In this document: positions 39,806 through 52,343 of the stretch, one piece after another
Position numbering within the stretch: position 1 is the stretch's first letter
Layout of the letters: each line of letters begins with the position of its first letter
DNA from: Mya arenaria
Lineage: Eukaryota
Direction of reading: 5' to 3'
Assembly: GCF_026914265.1 (NCBI RefSeq)
Contig: NC_069133.1
Location: forward strand, 48,545,355 to 48,609,354
DNA length: 64,000 bases
The notes under the pieces: generated by a model
What the model saw: only the letters and a program-made list of their open reading frames with translations
Databases searched by the model: none
What the model was told of the DNA's origin: nothing
Position numbers and translations under genes: made by a program

Positions 39806-41644
39806 GTAAGTAAATACAATTTATTAACGGTAAGCCTCGGTGACTGTTTTCGTTTTTAAGAAATACTTGAATATGCTTTATATCTTTACTAGTATGATAA
39901 GGGTATCTGTCACATTGTTCGATAAATTCCAATTAATAACTTTAATATGACATATTTAACTATACTGTGTTTGGTTGTTTTTTGCCGATTTTCGGCACGC
40001 TTTGATATATTAGGAATTGTCTCACATTAGAATACAACCTACATTTGCAAAAATTAAGTCATTAAGACATAGACTAAATCATTGAGATATTTTTTGCGGG
40101 TGTTTGAACGTCCGTCTACTGTTACCCATCTAATAACACACTCTCTGTGACAGACTTGGCATTGACAATATGTCAGCCAATGAGGTTGTATTCCAAGTCA
40201 GTTTAATGACCAGAAGTATTATCTTGATTAACAAGAGCTCGTTCGATACGCTAAATCAGCCCATTCCTAGCAAATAGGATTCTACTCCATGTCATCTTAT
40301 CGCGAAAATTTTATTTCGGAGAATGATTCTCCATCGAGAAACTTGCGCGCGCGAGGTTTAACTGCGAGAAAGATGATCACGACACATGAACTGCCAAATA
40401 TTTGCGCCGATCAGTTTAAAAAAAACACTGTTTGTTCTTTACGTTTAACAAAAAACTTCTTGAAAAAAAGTTATAAATGTTGTAATACGAACACTGGACA
40501 AAAGGTCGAAATTGCAACATGGGTATTGAAAGTGAAAGTAGCTATACTGAAACAAGAATGATTCGATTCGGGTAAATACGCGCCTTAATCATCGAGGTCA
40601 TAATGGTAGGGATGATATTTTAAGCTACTTTTTTTAAATGCATTCGCAAAATATGCATGTTAGCCTCTATGAATCGTGTTTTAGAGGGGAATTGTTGAAA
40701 CTAAGTTTTCAAACCTCTTTATTTTTTCGTTATATGTATTTTCAGAGACGAGTCTGCGCATTTCGTCTAATTATGCAATAATTAGTAGCAGGAACTATCA
40801 TTAAGGTTGTGTTTTTCTTGTAGCTGAGTCTTTCATCTTTCTGGCGATATTAGAGTTGTATAACCATAATAAATACATCCACACGCACGTTTTTCATAAT
40901 GCATTTTGAAGACTATATCTGCATGCACAATGTCCTTTCTTGGGGCAGATAAATATAGTAAAATATAAACATGTGCTTCAACTATAATAAATGCGTCATA
41001 TGAAAATAGAATATAAAATATTGTAAAATATAGAGAGATAATATATAAATAATATAGTATACGGTCAGTAATCTAGCGTAATAACATAGCTATAAATAAT
41101 TGTATAAATTTGGTTTGACCAACTTAAAGATAGTTCCTCCGTCACATAATTGCATTCAAAAATAGAAATGCATGCGCATATACTTGAAATTCTGCCAGTC
41201 AAAATTTAATCATAAAAAATAATGTATTTCTGGGCAAGTAAATAAATAATTAATTAAACGTTTAATCTTTTAACCTTGAATCATATCTTAGGAAAATATA
41301 CTTGTTATTTGTCGTGATTGTCATCAAATATTGTCGAAATTCGCTATGTCGAACTCCGTTATCTCGATGCTCTGAATATGTTGAACTTCATTCGATTTTT
41401 TCCGTTTAATCATACACTTAATACATTTCGGTTATATCGAATGTTCGTTATCTCAAAATATTTTCCAAGATCCCAAAGGCTTTGACTGTGTATGAATTTA
41501 CCAAATTAATCTTTAAATGTTTACATATATTTGTTCAGAAAATATAGAGGCATATTATAAGTGAATCATATACGTACTATATATACATTTGGTTATTCAA
41601 TATCATCAAGACTTCCAACGTATATTTTTCCCTATGATTTTTAG

Positions 41645-41749
41645 ATTGGCACAAAGAAATTATTAGGAAGGAGTACAACGAAAATGGAAGGAAAGAGGCA
41701 GCCAGATTAATGGTGGAAAAAGCACTCTGCCAATACTCTTCCTGTTTAA
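41645..41749 (+). CDS. Gene B exon 7: juxtamembrane segment (YWHKEIIRKEYNENGRKEAARLMVEKALCQYSSCL)
   Basis: TTTTAG acceptor; A|GTAAGT donor. 105 nt. Confidence 0.7.
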
Positions 41750-41936
41750 GTAAGTTTTTATCAATAAAATGTGTACCAATTTATAAACGTTATCAACAGG
41801 GACATTATTTTTATTTCAAAATTCCGCAAACTTTCTGAACAACCCTCGTAAAACTTTAAAAACATATTTTCCTGACCTCCTGGGCATATATTATATGTTA
41901 ACTAAATTGCTTATATCTATGTAATATTTTTTAAAG

Positions 41937-42014
41937 AGTCACAGGGAGACTCGGATGAAAACAACCAGAATCGTGTTAATCTTCTTACACACGTCGAACA
42001 AGAAGGCAGGGGAG
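41937..42014 (+). CDS. Gene B exon 8: linker (KSQGDSDENNQNRVNLLTHVEQEGRG), single copy
   Basis: TTTTTTAAAG acceptor; G|GTAACT donor. 78 nt against 117 nt (x2) in gene A. Confidence 0.6.
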
Positions 42015-42177
42015 GTAACTGCAATAATGTTTATTTTTTCAAATAATTGTTTGAAAGTACTTTCAAAACGAAGAAACCGAAACGAAAATCTTGTCGTTCG
42101 AAATGTTAAAGACATATTGTTAAGTAAGATTTATTTATACCAACAGGCAGTCGAAATTAGTTATATATAATTTATAT

Positions 42178-42236
42178 AAAGAAACAAATTGTTGAAACAT
42201 TAAATACATGTAAATGTTTCAACAATTTGTTTCTTT
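42178..42236. repeat. Perfect inverted repeat with 24-bp arms (aaagaaacaaattgttgaaacatt ... aatgtttcaacaatttgtttcttt) and an 11-nt loop, in gene B intron 8, ~95 bp upstream of the death-domain exon
   Basis: Seen directly. The rest of this intron aligns with gene A (9850-9900), and there the second arm is missing. Confidence 0.85.
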
Positions 42237-42329
42237 AGAGATTGACTTACGTAGTACAAACGATTGTCTTGAGAAACAATTATTAATATTATTAATTGAT
42301 TTTTGAAAGTTTCATGATTCATATTTTAG

Positions 42330-42614
42330 TTTCTTGGAAAAGAAAAATACCAAGTGACCGAGAACTATGGAACGTTGCGTCGCTCATTGGAGAAAACTGG
42401 AAAGGTTTGGGTTTAGATCTGGGGCTCAGCAGAGTCACGATACACCACATTGAATATGACAACAATATAAATGGTCATATTGATGTTGTTCATCGTATGC
42501 TGATAGAATTGCGCAACTCCAGACCTGATGCAACACTAAATGATTTAAAGGAAGCAATTATTCGGTCAGGCGTTGACTTTAACTGGGGCTCTGAAAAAAA
42601 TCAGGAGCTTTACG
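42330..42614 (+). CDS. Gene B exon 9: death domain (...RELWNVASLIGENWKGLGLDLGLSRVTIHHIEYDNNINGHIDVVHRMLIELRNSRPDATLNDLKEAIIRSGV...)
   Basis: TTTTAG acceptor; G|GTAGGT donor. About 50% identity to the gene A death domain, with death-fold positions conserved. Confidence 0.75.
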
Positions 42615-42913
42615 GTAGGTGTTCCAGTTTTATCTTTTCTTAAAACTAAGCATTTGCCGGTGTTTCAAATATAGGTAAAATGTTTGGCCGATTTCGCTTT
42701 TGTGACCACATTTTAATTACATTAGATTGAACCAGATCAAGAGTTTATTTCCTTTTCATAACAACTTTATATTGTAATATATAGTTTGTTTCACATTCTC
42801 ACGACCGTCCCTGTAAAATTCCGATAACCCCTTCTTTCCCAATTAGTTCATCTGTATAAAATACTTGTATTTCTATATACTATTGTTTATCAATTACTTC
42901 TTTTAAAACATAG

Positions 42914-43809
42914 ACGAGCGTGATCAAAACGCTGCTTTGAATGATACTACAGACGAACATGACCAAAACGCTGTCTTGAATGATTCTATGGATGAACAGG
43001 AGCCAAACGCTGTTTTCAATGATTATACTGACGAACGTGGCCAAAACGCTGTCTTGAATGATACTACGGTCGAACGTGAGCCAAACGCTGTCTTCAACGA
43101 TTCTACGGACGAACGTGGCCAAAACACTGTCTTGAATGATACTACGGTCGAACGTGAGCCAAACGCTGTCTTCAACGATTCTACGGACGAACGTGGCCGA
43201 AACGCTGTCTTGAATGATACTACGGTCGAACGTGAGCCAAACGCTGTTTTCAAAGATACTACGGACGAATGTGGCCAAAACGCTGTCTTGAATGATACTA
43301 CGGTCGAACGTGAGCCAAACGCTGTTTTCAAAGATACTACAGACGAACGTGGCCGAAACGCTGTCTTGAATGATTCTACGGTCGAGCGTGAGCCAAACGC
43401 TGTTTTCAATGATAGTACAGACGAACGTGGCCGAAGCGCTGTCTTGAATGATTCTACGGTCGAGCGTGAGCCAAACGCTGTTTTAAATGATACTACAGAC
43501 GAACGTGGCCGAAACGCTGTCTTGAATGAATCTACGGTCGAGCGTGAGCCAAACGCTGTTTTAAATGATACTACAGACGAACGTTGCCGAAGCGCTGTCT
43601 TGAATGATTGTACGGTCGTGCGTGAGCCAAACGCTGTATTCAATGATTCTACGGACGAACGTGGCCCAAACGCTGTCTTGAATGATTCTACGGATGAGCT
43701 AGGCATTAACGCTGTCTCGAATGACACTACGGGCGATGGTGACCGAAACGCTGTCTTTATTGATATTGAGACGAACAGCAATATCGATGTTGAAGGTGAC
43801 AGCTTGTAG
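42914..43809 (+). CDS. Gene B last coding exon: expanded acidic repeat tail (~10.5 copies of a 26-aa / 78-nt unit, NDTTVEREPNAVF-NDSTDERGRNAVL), stop at 43807-43809
   Basis: CATAG acceptor. ORF 42937..43809. The gene A homologue, 10507-10730, has about one unit. The gene A C-terminal residues (...SRTDETQF) are out of frame or lie after the stop in gene B. Confidence 0.7.
42937..43750 (+). repeat. Coding minisatellite: 78-nt unit made of two 39-nt half-units, about 10.5 copies
   Basis: Seen directly. The antisense ORFs 43023..43781(-) and 42880..43278(-) are artefacts of the repeat. Confidence 0.9.
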
Positions 43810-46099
43810 CAGCGGTGTCAGTACTAGCAGCATAGTCAGTACTAGTAGCATAGCTACTACATCAAGGACAGATGAAACTCAAATGTAACACTACTTATTA
43901 AGTTTGCATTTGTTGTGTATGAGTTCTTAAGTTACAAAAGTTACTGTCGCAGGTTTCGACACTAGCCGTGTCCCGGGACCCAAAGGACAGCATTTTTTTT
44001 GGCGAGACTCAAGAGCCTTCAAGTCAGATGTCCTAATTGTGCCATATTGTTTTAGCAGAAAAATTTAGATAGAAACCCAAAATATATATTAAGTGCAATC
44101 AGAAATCAACAGTCGGATTCTTGGAAAGTAGTATTGGTGTCGAACATTGTGCTGTGCAGCAAATACACGAGTGGTCAAACACTTCTTAGATTATAATTCA
44201 AAGAAGCTGCAAATGTTGTAAATGATGATGGCAAGAATTGTTTCCATGTACAAAAATGAATTCGTCATAATGGATATATGCAATTTTTTAAAGTGGTCGT
44301 CATCTGCTGATTGGCTAATCATGAAGAAGCATGTGAACTATTAGCACACAATATAGTTTAATTATAATAAACGGAATTTGGACAATTCTTGAAGAAGGCA
44401 ACATTTAAACGCAGCTGTACGTTATTCCATTACAGCCATGCAACCTCAGTGATGTGTATGTGCCCATCGTCTTTGAGTGTATCAAAATGGGTCAGTCGTG
44501 GGTATGTTGGCATGAGTTTATGAAACTTGCTCAAACTGGGTAATGTTTCCTACTTTTAAGAACAAACTTCAAACATATATTAATTTGAACAAAATGTTTT
44601 GGGCATACTAAGTATTGTTTTGTGACATTTTAAAATACATGTTAACAGCTGTTATTTAAATTGTTAATGATGTTTGACTATTATTGCGATCATCTATCAT
44701 CTTGTTCGCATGGTCAGACCCTACAACACATGAGCGAGTCCCTGTAAATATGTTTGTGTATCTGCTTATGCCTAATCAATTGCTTTCTGCAGTCAAACTG
44801 CGTTTATTAAATGAATTCACAATGGTATTTTTATATCAGATATTGCTAAACATGTGCAATTACTGGCGAGCATTTGTAGTATATGTGTATGTGGTGTTCA
44901 TGTGTTTTTGTTTATATTTATCGTTTGGGCCCTTACCTTATGCCTCTAAAGTGGGTTTATTTTTTTTAATTTTCAACTACTGACATTGTCACATCAGTCT
45001 TCGTTGTATAATTGTACGCATATCATTTCAGCTGTTATAGTAGCGTCTGTATTAAGATATAAGTATACCATTGTGTAATTTAACTTCACATTCAACATTA
45101 TCCATCATATTGCTTCAGCTCAAAACAAATAATTATATCAAATTGTACAGATAATTCATCTTTAGAACTTGTCTTCATGCATGTTTATATGAGTGTATAC
45201 ATACAACTTATTGAAAATTATACTATGGCTGTTAAGTTTAGGGTTAAAATAGCTTTAACATAGAAAGAGTATGTTTAAACTTTTGTCAAGAAATTCTTAG
45301 TGTTGAAAGAATAACTCAAATTAATTTTGAGCATAGAGAACTAGGTATAACACCATCAGGGACTAGAAGAGTTGTAAATGTGATGTGGTATTGGTTCATC
45401 AGTTTAGAATATAATCATATCAAATAAGTTAAACAGTTTATACAGCCTTACAGATATTCATGTACAAGACATCCGAAATAATCAAATTTAAGGCCATCCT
45501 AATCTTTATGACTTTTAATATGACTATATGTTATGTTGTTTTTGTGATAAACTTTTATTCTGGCATCATGCATAACATACATTTTACAATATCATATATT
45601 TTATATCAATAAAAAATAAGTTTAGAGGTGTCTGTTATATAGATATTACTCCAATATTGATATTGGTATATGTTGCACATGAGATGGAAATGTTTGTTTT
45701 TCGTTTAGTTACCTAAGGAAAAAATAAAGTTTTGTAAAAAAAGGGGCAAACATGTTGTTTTTTTAAGTCAAATAAGAAAATAAAAATCCAATAAAGTAAG
45801 AGATGTAAGTAAAATAATAAAACATGTAATAAAACATGAAAGGTTACCTTGAAAAATTATTTCAATTTATATTGATTTGGTTCCATTTTAGGTCATGTAG
45901 CTGTATTTTGCCCTTAGATTCTGCCAAACATCTCTCTTTTTTGTTTTCTTTGTTTGAGATATATGACAAAGCTTTCAAAAGCTGGAATATCGTTTATAAG
46001 TTTACATTTATGAATATAAAATTTTGATAATAGGAAAATAAAATTGATAAGCATCACTCTCGGAGTCTGTTTCTCTATAATTCCAAAAGAGACATTTTT

Positions 46100-49000
46100 T
46101 AATGTTATTTCAGTTTGAATATTGTTCCTGTCAAGGAATAATTTAAATTTTGACCAGAAATGTTGTACTTTGGAACACTCCCATAAAGATGATTTATATC
46201 CTCAATATACATATTGCAGAAACCGCAGAGGTTTGAATTTGCGAGTTTATATTTAAACAACATTTTGTTTACTGGCAAAATCCTCTTAATATATTTATAC
46301 TGAAAGCTCCTTAATCTGTTTTCGATAGTGCAATAAAAACAGTTTAGATATATACTTTTCCATTCTAAAAGCATGAATTCATTTTCCCATTTTACTTCTG
46401 GTTTGTTGACTATTTGGCCTTTATGCTTGTTTATGTAGTTTTCATATAAAAGTCTGTTCGGTTTCTTTATTCTTAGCATTCTGTCAAGCAGTAGATTATT
46501 TGTAAGCGGTTGTGTAATGGTATGTAAATCAATATTTTTAAGTTCGTCTTTCCAGTTAGTTGGAATGCAAGAAATTAAAGCATGGTAGTTTAAAAATTCT
46601 GAAGGGTGTAGATCATATAAATTTCTAAATTGCTCAAAATCATAAAATCTGTGTCTTCTAAAATCATAGAAGTGTTCAATATACTTAATTCTTCGCATAA
46701 ACTAGGTCTTAAAAAAAGCCGGCTTGCTATTTATATTAATAAACGAGTTATTCCATTTCGGAAGTATTTGTTTCGGAATAGATTTCGGATTTTAGTCGAA
46801 ATTTATCGATGTCCAACCTAAGAGTATATCTCTCAGAAAAGTATTCTTTATTATACGTTTTCTTTTAAATTTGATTCGAGCAATATTTTACTTCCGTGAT
46901 CCTGAAATTCTTGTAAATAAAACTTTTTCCAGTCGCCTTCATTGTTTTCATCTAATAGACGTGTTAACCACCCTGCTTTCAGCGAATGTATATATGAAAA
47001 AATATCAGTCATTTTAATTCCTCCCCCTTCATGATTATTGATTAATGTGTGTCTAGATATTTTATCAGGTTTCCCATCCCAAATAAAATTAAACAGTTTT
47101 TGATTAAGTACTTTAAGGATATTATCTGGTGGGTTTCAAAGAACAGTCAATGGATAGATTATCTTTGGCAACGCGTATGTCTTAATAAAAGTCACTTTGC
47201 CAAGTAATGAAAGGTTGTGTTTCCTCCATCTATCTAAGCAGGTGTATAATTCACGTAGTTTGGAGAAATAGTTAAGATCAAAGGTTTTGTGTTTTTCATT
47301 TGTGAATATCATTCCGAGAGTGCATGCTTTATCAGATGTCCATGTAAAATTATTGCGTTTGCAATAAACAACATTAGTGTCTTTTAAAGAACCAATTCTA
47401 AGAATAAAAGATTTCTTTATGTTTAGTTTTAGACCAGATATACTACTAAATTTGTCAATAGTTTCTACAAGTTTTTCAAATGACTTTTTTGTGTCGTCAG
47501 TGATAAACGTTGCATCATCGGCAAACATAGTATTTTTTAAATCTTCAATTGCTACAGTTATACCTTTAATTGAGTTGTTTGATCGTACGGCAATGGATAA
47601 CATTTCTATAGATATAATGAACAGGTAAGGGGATAGTGGACAGCCTTGTCGTACACCTCTTTCAATGTCGAAGAAATCGGACAGGTGACCATTATTCGAA
47701 ACACAACTTTTAATTCCATTATAAAACGTAAAAATCCATTGTATTAGTGAGCTGCCGAAATTGAAGGAATCAAGTGTCTTCATTAAAAAAGTGTGATTTA
47801 AACTGTCAAAAGCTTTTTCAAAGTCTGCGAAGAATAGCAGTCCTGGATTGTTATTTTCGTTTAAATTATCGATCGTCTCAAAGAGAAGCCTAATGTTTTC
47901 ATCTAGTATGTATCTGCTTTTAACAAATCCAGTTTGAGATTTATGTATAATAGAAGGCAACACATTTTATACGGTTTGCTATTGCCTTTGTGGTTTTTTT
48001 GTAGTCAATGTTAAGAATGAAATTAGTCTCCAGTTATTTAGTGATGTTCTTTGTCTTTTTTAGGAATAAGGTTAATAATACCTTGCTTTTGAAGGCCAGT
48101 TAAAGTTTTGTTTTCGAAAGAGTAATTGATAAAATTCAGAAGGTAAACTTTCAGATCCTGCCAAAATATTTTATAAAACTCAGTTGTTATTCCATCTGAT
48201 CCTGGGCTCTTGTTATTTGGCATATCTAAACGGGCTGTTGCACATTCATTTTCCGTCAATAAGCCTTCACATGATTGTCTCTGTGTGTCTTTTAGTTGAA
48301 TTATATTTTCACGTTCACCAAAGAATTTATTTATATCGTTAACATCAATATTATCATGTTTATAGAGTTTACTGTAAAAAAGGTTTGTATGTTAGTATAT
48401 CTTTAGTTTTTGTAATTTCATTTCCATTTACAGATAGACATGTTATAGTTTTCGTTTCACTTCGTTTCACTTCTTTTTTTTCTCTAAATTTGACAATATT
48501 TTGAGTTTTTATCCATACCATCAATTTGAGCTGCCTACGACCTTATATATAAACCCTGTGTTTTAATTCGGTGTATTTCTTCTAAACGATTTTTCATTTC
48601 TGTAAGAGTATCTAAGGTAGTATAGTCCGTATCAGTGTAACTTATTGAAAATTCAAGTTCTTCAATATCATTAATCAACTTTGTTTCTTCTAAAGCTTCT
48701 GTTTTCTTTTTGAAAGAACAATATTTAATAGTAGCATATTTCTTTTAATTTCTTTTTGATATTTATCATCAAGTAAAACTGAATTATTTATTTTGAAATA
48801 TCCTGGACCACGTGGTTCAGATAAAAAGTTCATTTCAAAAGATACTATTGAGTGGTCTGACCTTAGACCAGTAGATATTTTACATTTCGAGATGCAATTT
48901 AAAATATTTGTAGAGACCAAAAAATAGTCCAACCTGCAAAATATAGGAGGCCTGTGGTTTGAATGCCAAGTAAAATGGCGAATGTCTGGGTTATTTAACC

Positions 49001-49450
49001 GCCACACATCTTTAATATCATAATTATTGATTAATTTTTGAATTATATCTCTACTTTTACAATGTGTTTTATTGTGACTGTTCTTTTTATCGTTTTCAAC
49101 ATCAATTACTACATTAAAATCACCTCCAATAATCATGGTTTCATCTTCTTTATCGTTAACAAAATTTTGTATTATTTTAAAGAAATCGTCATCGTCATTA
49201 TTTAGTCCATATACATTTAAAAAAACACGTTTTTTCTTGGATGTTTAACTTTAGATATTGTAATCTTCCAATTATTAATTCGTTAAGCTCTATTATCTCA
49301 TAATCTCTATTTAACAAGATGCCTACTCCTTGATTATTTGAACAATTGCCGCTTAAATAAATAATATTGCCCCATTCTCTTTGCCATACCGTTAGATCAG
49401 AACTTGTACAATTCTTGTGTAATTCTTGTAAAAGAATATATCATAATTAT
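46100..49450 (-). mobile_element. Non-LTR retrotransposon (LINE) with AP-endonuclease (APE), reverse-transcriptase (RT) and C-terminal Cys/His domains, broken into four or more ORFs by frameshifts
   Basis: The APE domain spans ~48690-49450 on the minus strand, with the ORF 48690..49136 showing ...IIGGDFNVVID... RT motifs are present: ...GFVKSRYILDE..., ...FADFEKAFDS..., ...GVRQGCPLSPYLF... and ...FADDATFI... (47136-48259). The C-terminal ORF 46105-46698 has a C..C...H...C signature. Confidence 0.85.
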
Positions 49451-49804
49451 GCTGTTTTAACCAATTAAAAATCTGGGCTCTTTTCTTGACATTCCTAAGC
49501 CTCTAACATTAAATGTGCCTATTTTAATCATATCGATGTTTATTATTTTGTTTCACCAAAGCCGATCTACAATGATGATACGAGCAGGTAACAGCTGCAT
49601 ACCCATAAATGGAACTCACTGAGAATGACATGGCAACCATATTATAATAGTGTACTGGTGTCATATTTGAAAAAAAAAAAAACAACTATAAATGGAAAAT
49701 AATAAAACACCTTGACAGTTGGACAGATATGAATACAACACAATCAAAGAATATGTATGAACATATGAAAAAATAAGTAAACTGGCTTTCAAGTAACAAA
49801 AGAG

Positions 49805-49805
<1 letters not shown>

Positions 49806-49892
<87 letters not shown>
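49806..49892. repeat. (TA)n microsatellite, about 40 units, followed by a short (GT)n
   Basis: Seen directly. Confidence 0.95.
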
Positions 49893-50449
49893 TATGTTGT
49901 TTCTATATTAAGAATTCATGCATTACTTAATATTTAAGTATTATATTATTGATATGTCATATTTAGCAACGCATACTCGTGTAGGTAAGTCATATGTACC
50001 GTTCCATCTCGCCCATATCTTTGAGGACATGGATGATATATATTAGGCTTACGAATACCTATTGCAACAAGTCATTGACGAGCATGCTTCAGTAAAACAG
50101 AAAACCCCAAAAAAGGAATCCACCACCTTAAATGTAATCTAGGTACCTTAACCTATTTACAAGGCTCGTCAAGCAAGAAACACCTATTACGGAAACCAGA
50201 TCATGGCTTACTGGTTAAGCTATCTTATGTTCAGAAATCTTGAAACCATGGTCGAAGGAGAATCTATAGCTGTTTATTTACAAGAAAGGTGTAGTGGAAG
50301 ACCCGTATCTAAAGACTTCTGGTCGTATATATATATATTGGAATATCTGGAACTCAACTTAAAGGTTAACACCCTAGTCTTGACAAAATACAGGGAAATT
50401 GCCAAATGTCACCTGACTTTCATTTTACCGATATAGATATTGGAATATA

Positions 50450-51600
50450 TAGTGACAGGTAAATCCAAAAAAGAAACTGGAATAGATCTAATTCCTCCGA
50501 ACTAGCACAAGCTACCCCTATTTTCAAGAAAGATGACCCCTTTATTGAAAAGAACTATAGAACAATAAGTATTTACCAGCACTTTCCAATATATATGAAC
50601 GGGTCATTAGTGAGCAACTGATTTGTCATTTTTTGCCCTTTCTTGGCAGCTTTTAAAACTGCATTTTGATGTCAAATTACTCTGTTAAGGCTGGTGGTAG
50701 ACTTGAGAAAAAGTCCATGATGACCTTTCAAAAGCATTTGACTGCCTGCCCCATGATCTCATCTTAGGCAAGCTTAATGTATATGGTATCTCAGCCCCAG
50801 CATGTAAACTTATGCACAGCTATCTTACAAACAGAAAACAACGTGTCAAACTTGGTCAAATAACCAGTGCGTAGGACTACATACTGAAAGACGTGTCACA
50901 AGGATCATTAATAGGGCCTCGAGTTTTCAACATCTTTTTCAACGACATCATCTACTTTATCAGTAATGCAGCTTTGTATAATTATGCAGATGACAAAATT
51001 CTTTATGTGTGTGATAGATATCCTGATGTTGTAAATACCACTATTGAAGAAGAGAGAAACAGTTTGATCAACTGGTTTACTTCCAATCAAATGCAGGCTT
51101 ACCCTGACAAATACCAAGCAATTTCTGTGGGCTCAAAGTCTGAAATAAAACAACTAAATATACTTAATCACACTATTGTTTGTGAAAAGCTAGATAAATT
51201 TTTAGGCGTTGAGGTAGATAGTTTATTAAATGTTGGTGCCTAGATTTCTAAAATGTGCGAAAAAGCAGCTATGCAACTGAATATCCTTCAAAGACTAAGC
51301 AAACTTTTGATAGCAATACTAGGCTCATTATCTTTAAATCTTTTATCTGATCCAAACTCAACTATTGTTCTGTTGTTTGGCATTTTTGTAACACGACCAA
51401 CACAGAAACTTTAGAAAAGATTCAATACAGAGCTCTTTAAATTGTTTTTAAAGATTACACCTCAACTTACGAACGTCTTCTTCATAGAGTTCAATATCCA
51501 ACATAGAATCTGAGCAGGGTAAGATACATCGCTATTAAAGCCTACCAATGTCTGAACGGTATCTCACCCGAATATGTTCAAAACCTTGAAACTTTAAAGA
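50450..51600 (+). mobile_element. Degenerate LINE reverse-transcriptase fragment (CR1/L2/RTE-like), with frameshifts
   Basis: ...ATPIFKKDDPFIEKNYRTIS..., ...[17 protein letters not shown]...[13 protein letters not shown]..., ...SQGSLIGPRVFNIFFNDI...YADDKIL... match RT domains 0 to 5. A conserved 3' tail ...KAYQCLNG... follows. Confidence 0.75.
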
Positions 51601-52343
51601 CATGAAATTTTAATATCATATATAAAAATTGTGTAGATGTGCCATCAGTAAAAACAAGCATCGCTTGAAGATTTTTTGCTGTATAAAAACTATTCATGTT
51701 TTTAAACTATATGAAAGGACATATTCCGTAGGTTTTTGTTTCACTTCCTAAAAAGTATCTTAATAAACATTCGCCCTGCCCTTAATGGTTTGACCCTGTT
51801 AGATACACTTCAAGAAATCAGAATTTTAGTAGAGAAAGCTATGCGTTGCAAGATTTTCTGCATTTAAAACTATTCTAACTTGAAACGAAACGAATGACGT
51901 TTCACGAAAGAACACGTTCAGATACTTAGAAGAGGATACTTGTTTGTTTCAGTGTAAGACCATGATATATTTCACAGAGTCAGCACCAAATTTGATATCT
52001 CGCGAGTTGCGTAGCCACGAGTGAAATGTATAACGTTGGTATCTACGAGGAGAAATACACTGCGATTTCACATGGAACAAAACATTATTTTTTTATGATT
52101 ATATGCTTAAACGTTGCAATCAAAGGCTCATCCAAGTTTAGTATAAAGACTGTACTAATACAATTAGGGCGTTCTAACACATGGCAATAGAGAAATTATA
52201 TTTATTAACCTAGTAGAGATATGTACAAACAATATGTCCAAAACATTCTCGAAAAAGAGTTTTGTGAAACGTCTAAAATAATTAAATATTTTGTGACATG
52301 AGTGTTAAGTTTGCATTTTCAAACTCGTCGTCTGACAAAATAT

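Larger units (their letters stand above)
27960..45440. repeat. Segmental duplication, block B. Homologous to 1-12560.
   Basis: Same alignments as block A. Block B carries extra insertions at 28660-29740, 33640-33900 and in intron 3 (3.9 kb against 0.5 kb in A). Confidence 0.85.

Noticed and set aside
42880-43781. Minus-strand ORFs (132 aa and 252 aa) antisense to the gene B tail
   Set aside because: Open frames maintained by the 78-nt repeat periodicity. The sense strand has gene A homology, a splice acceptor and a phase-consistent join to the death-domain exon.
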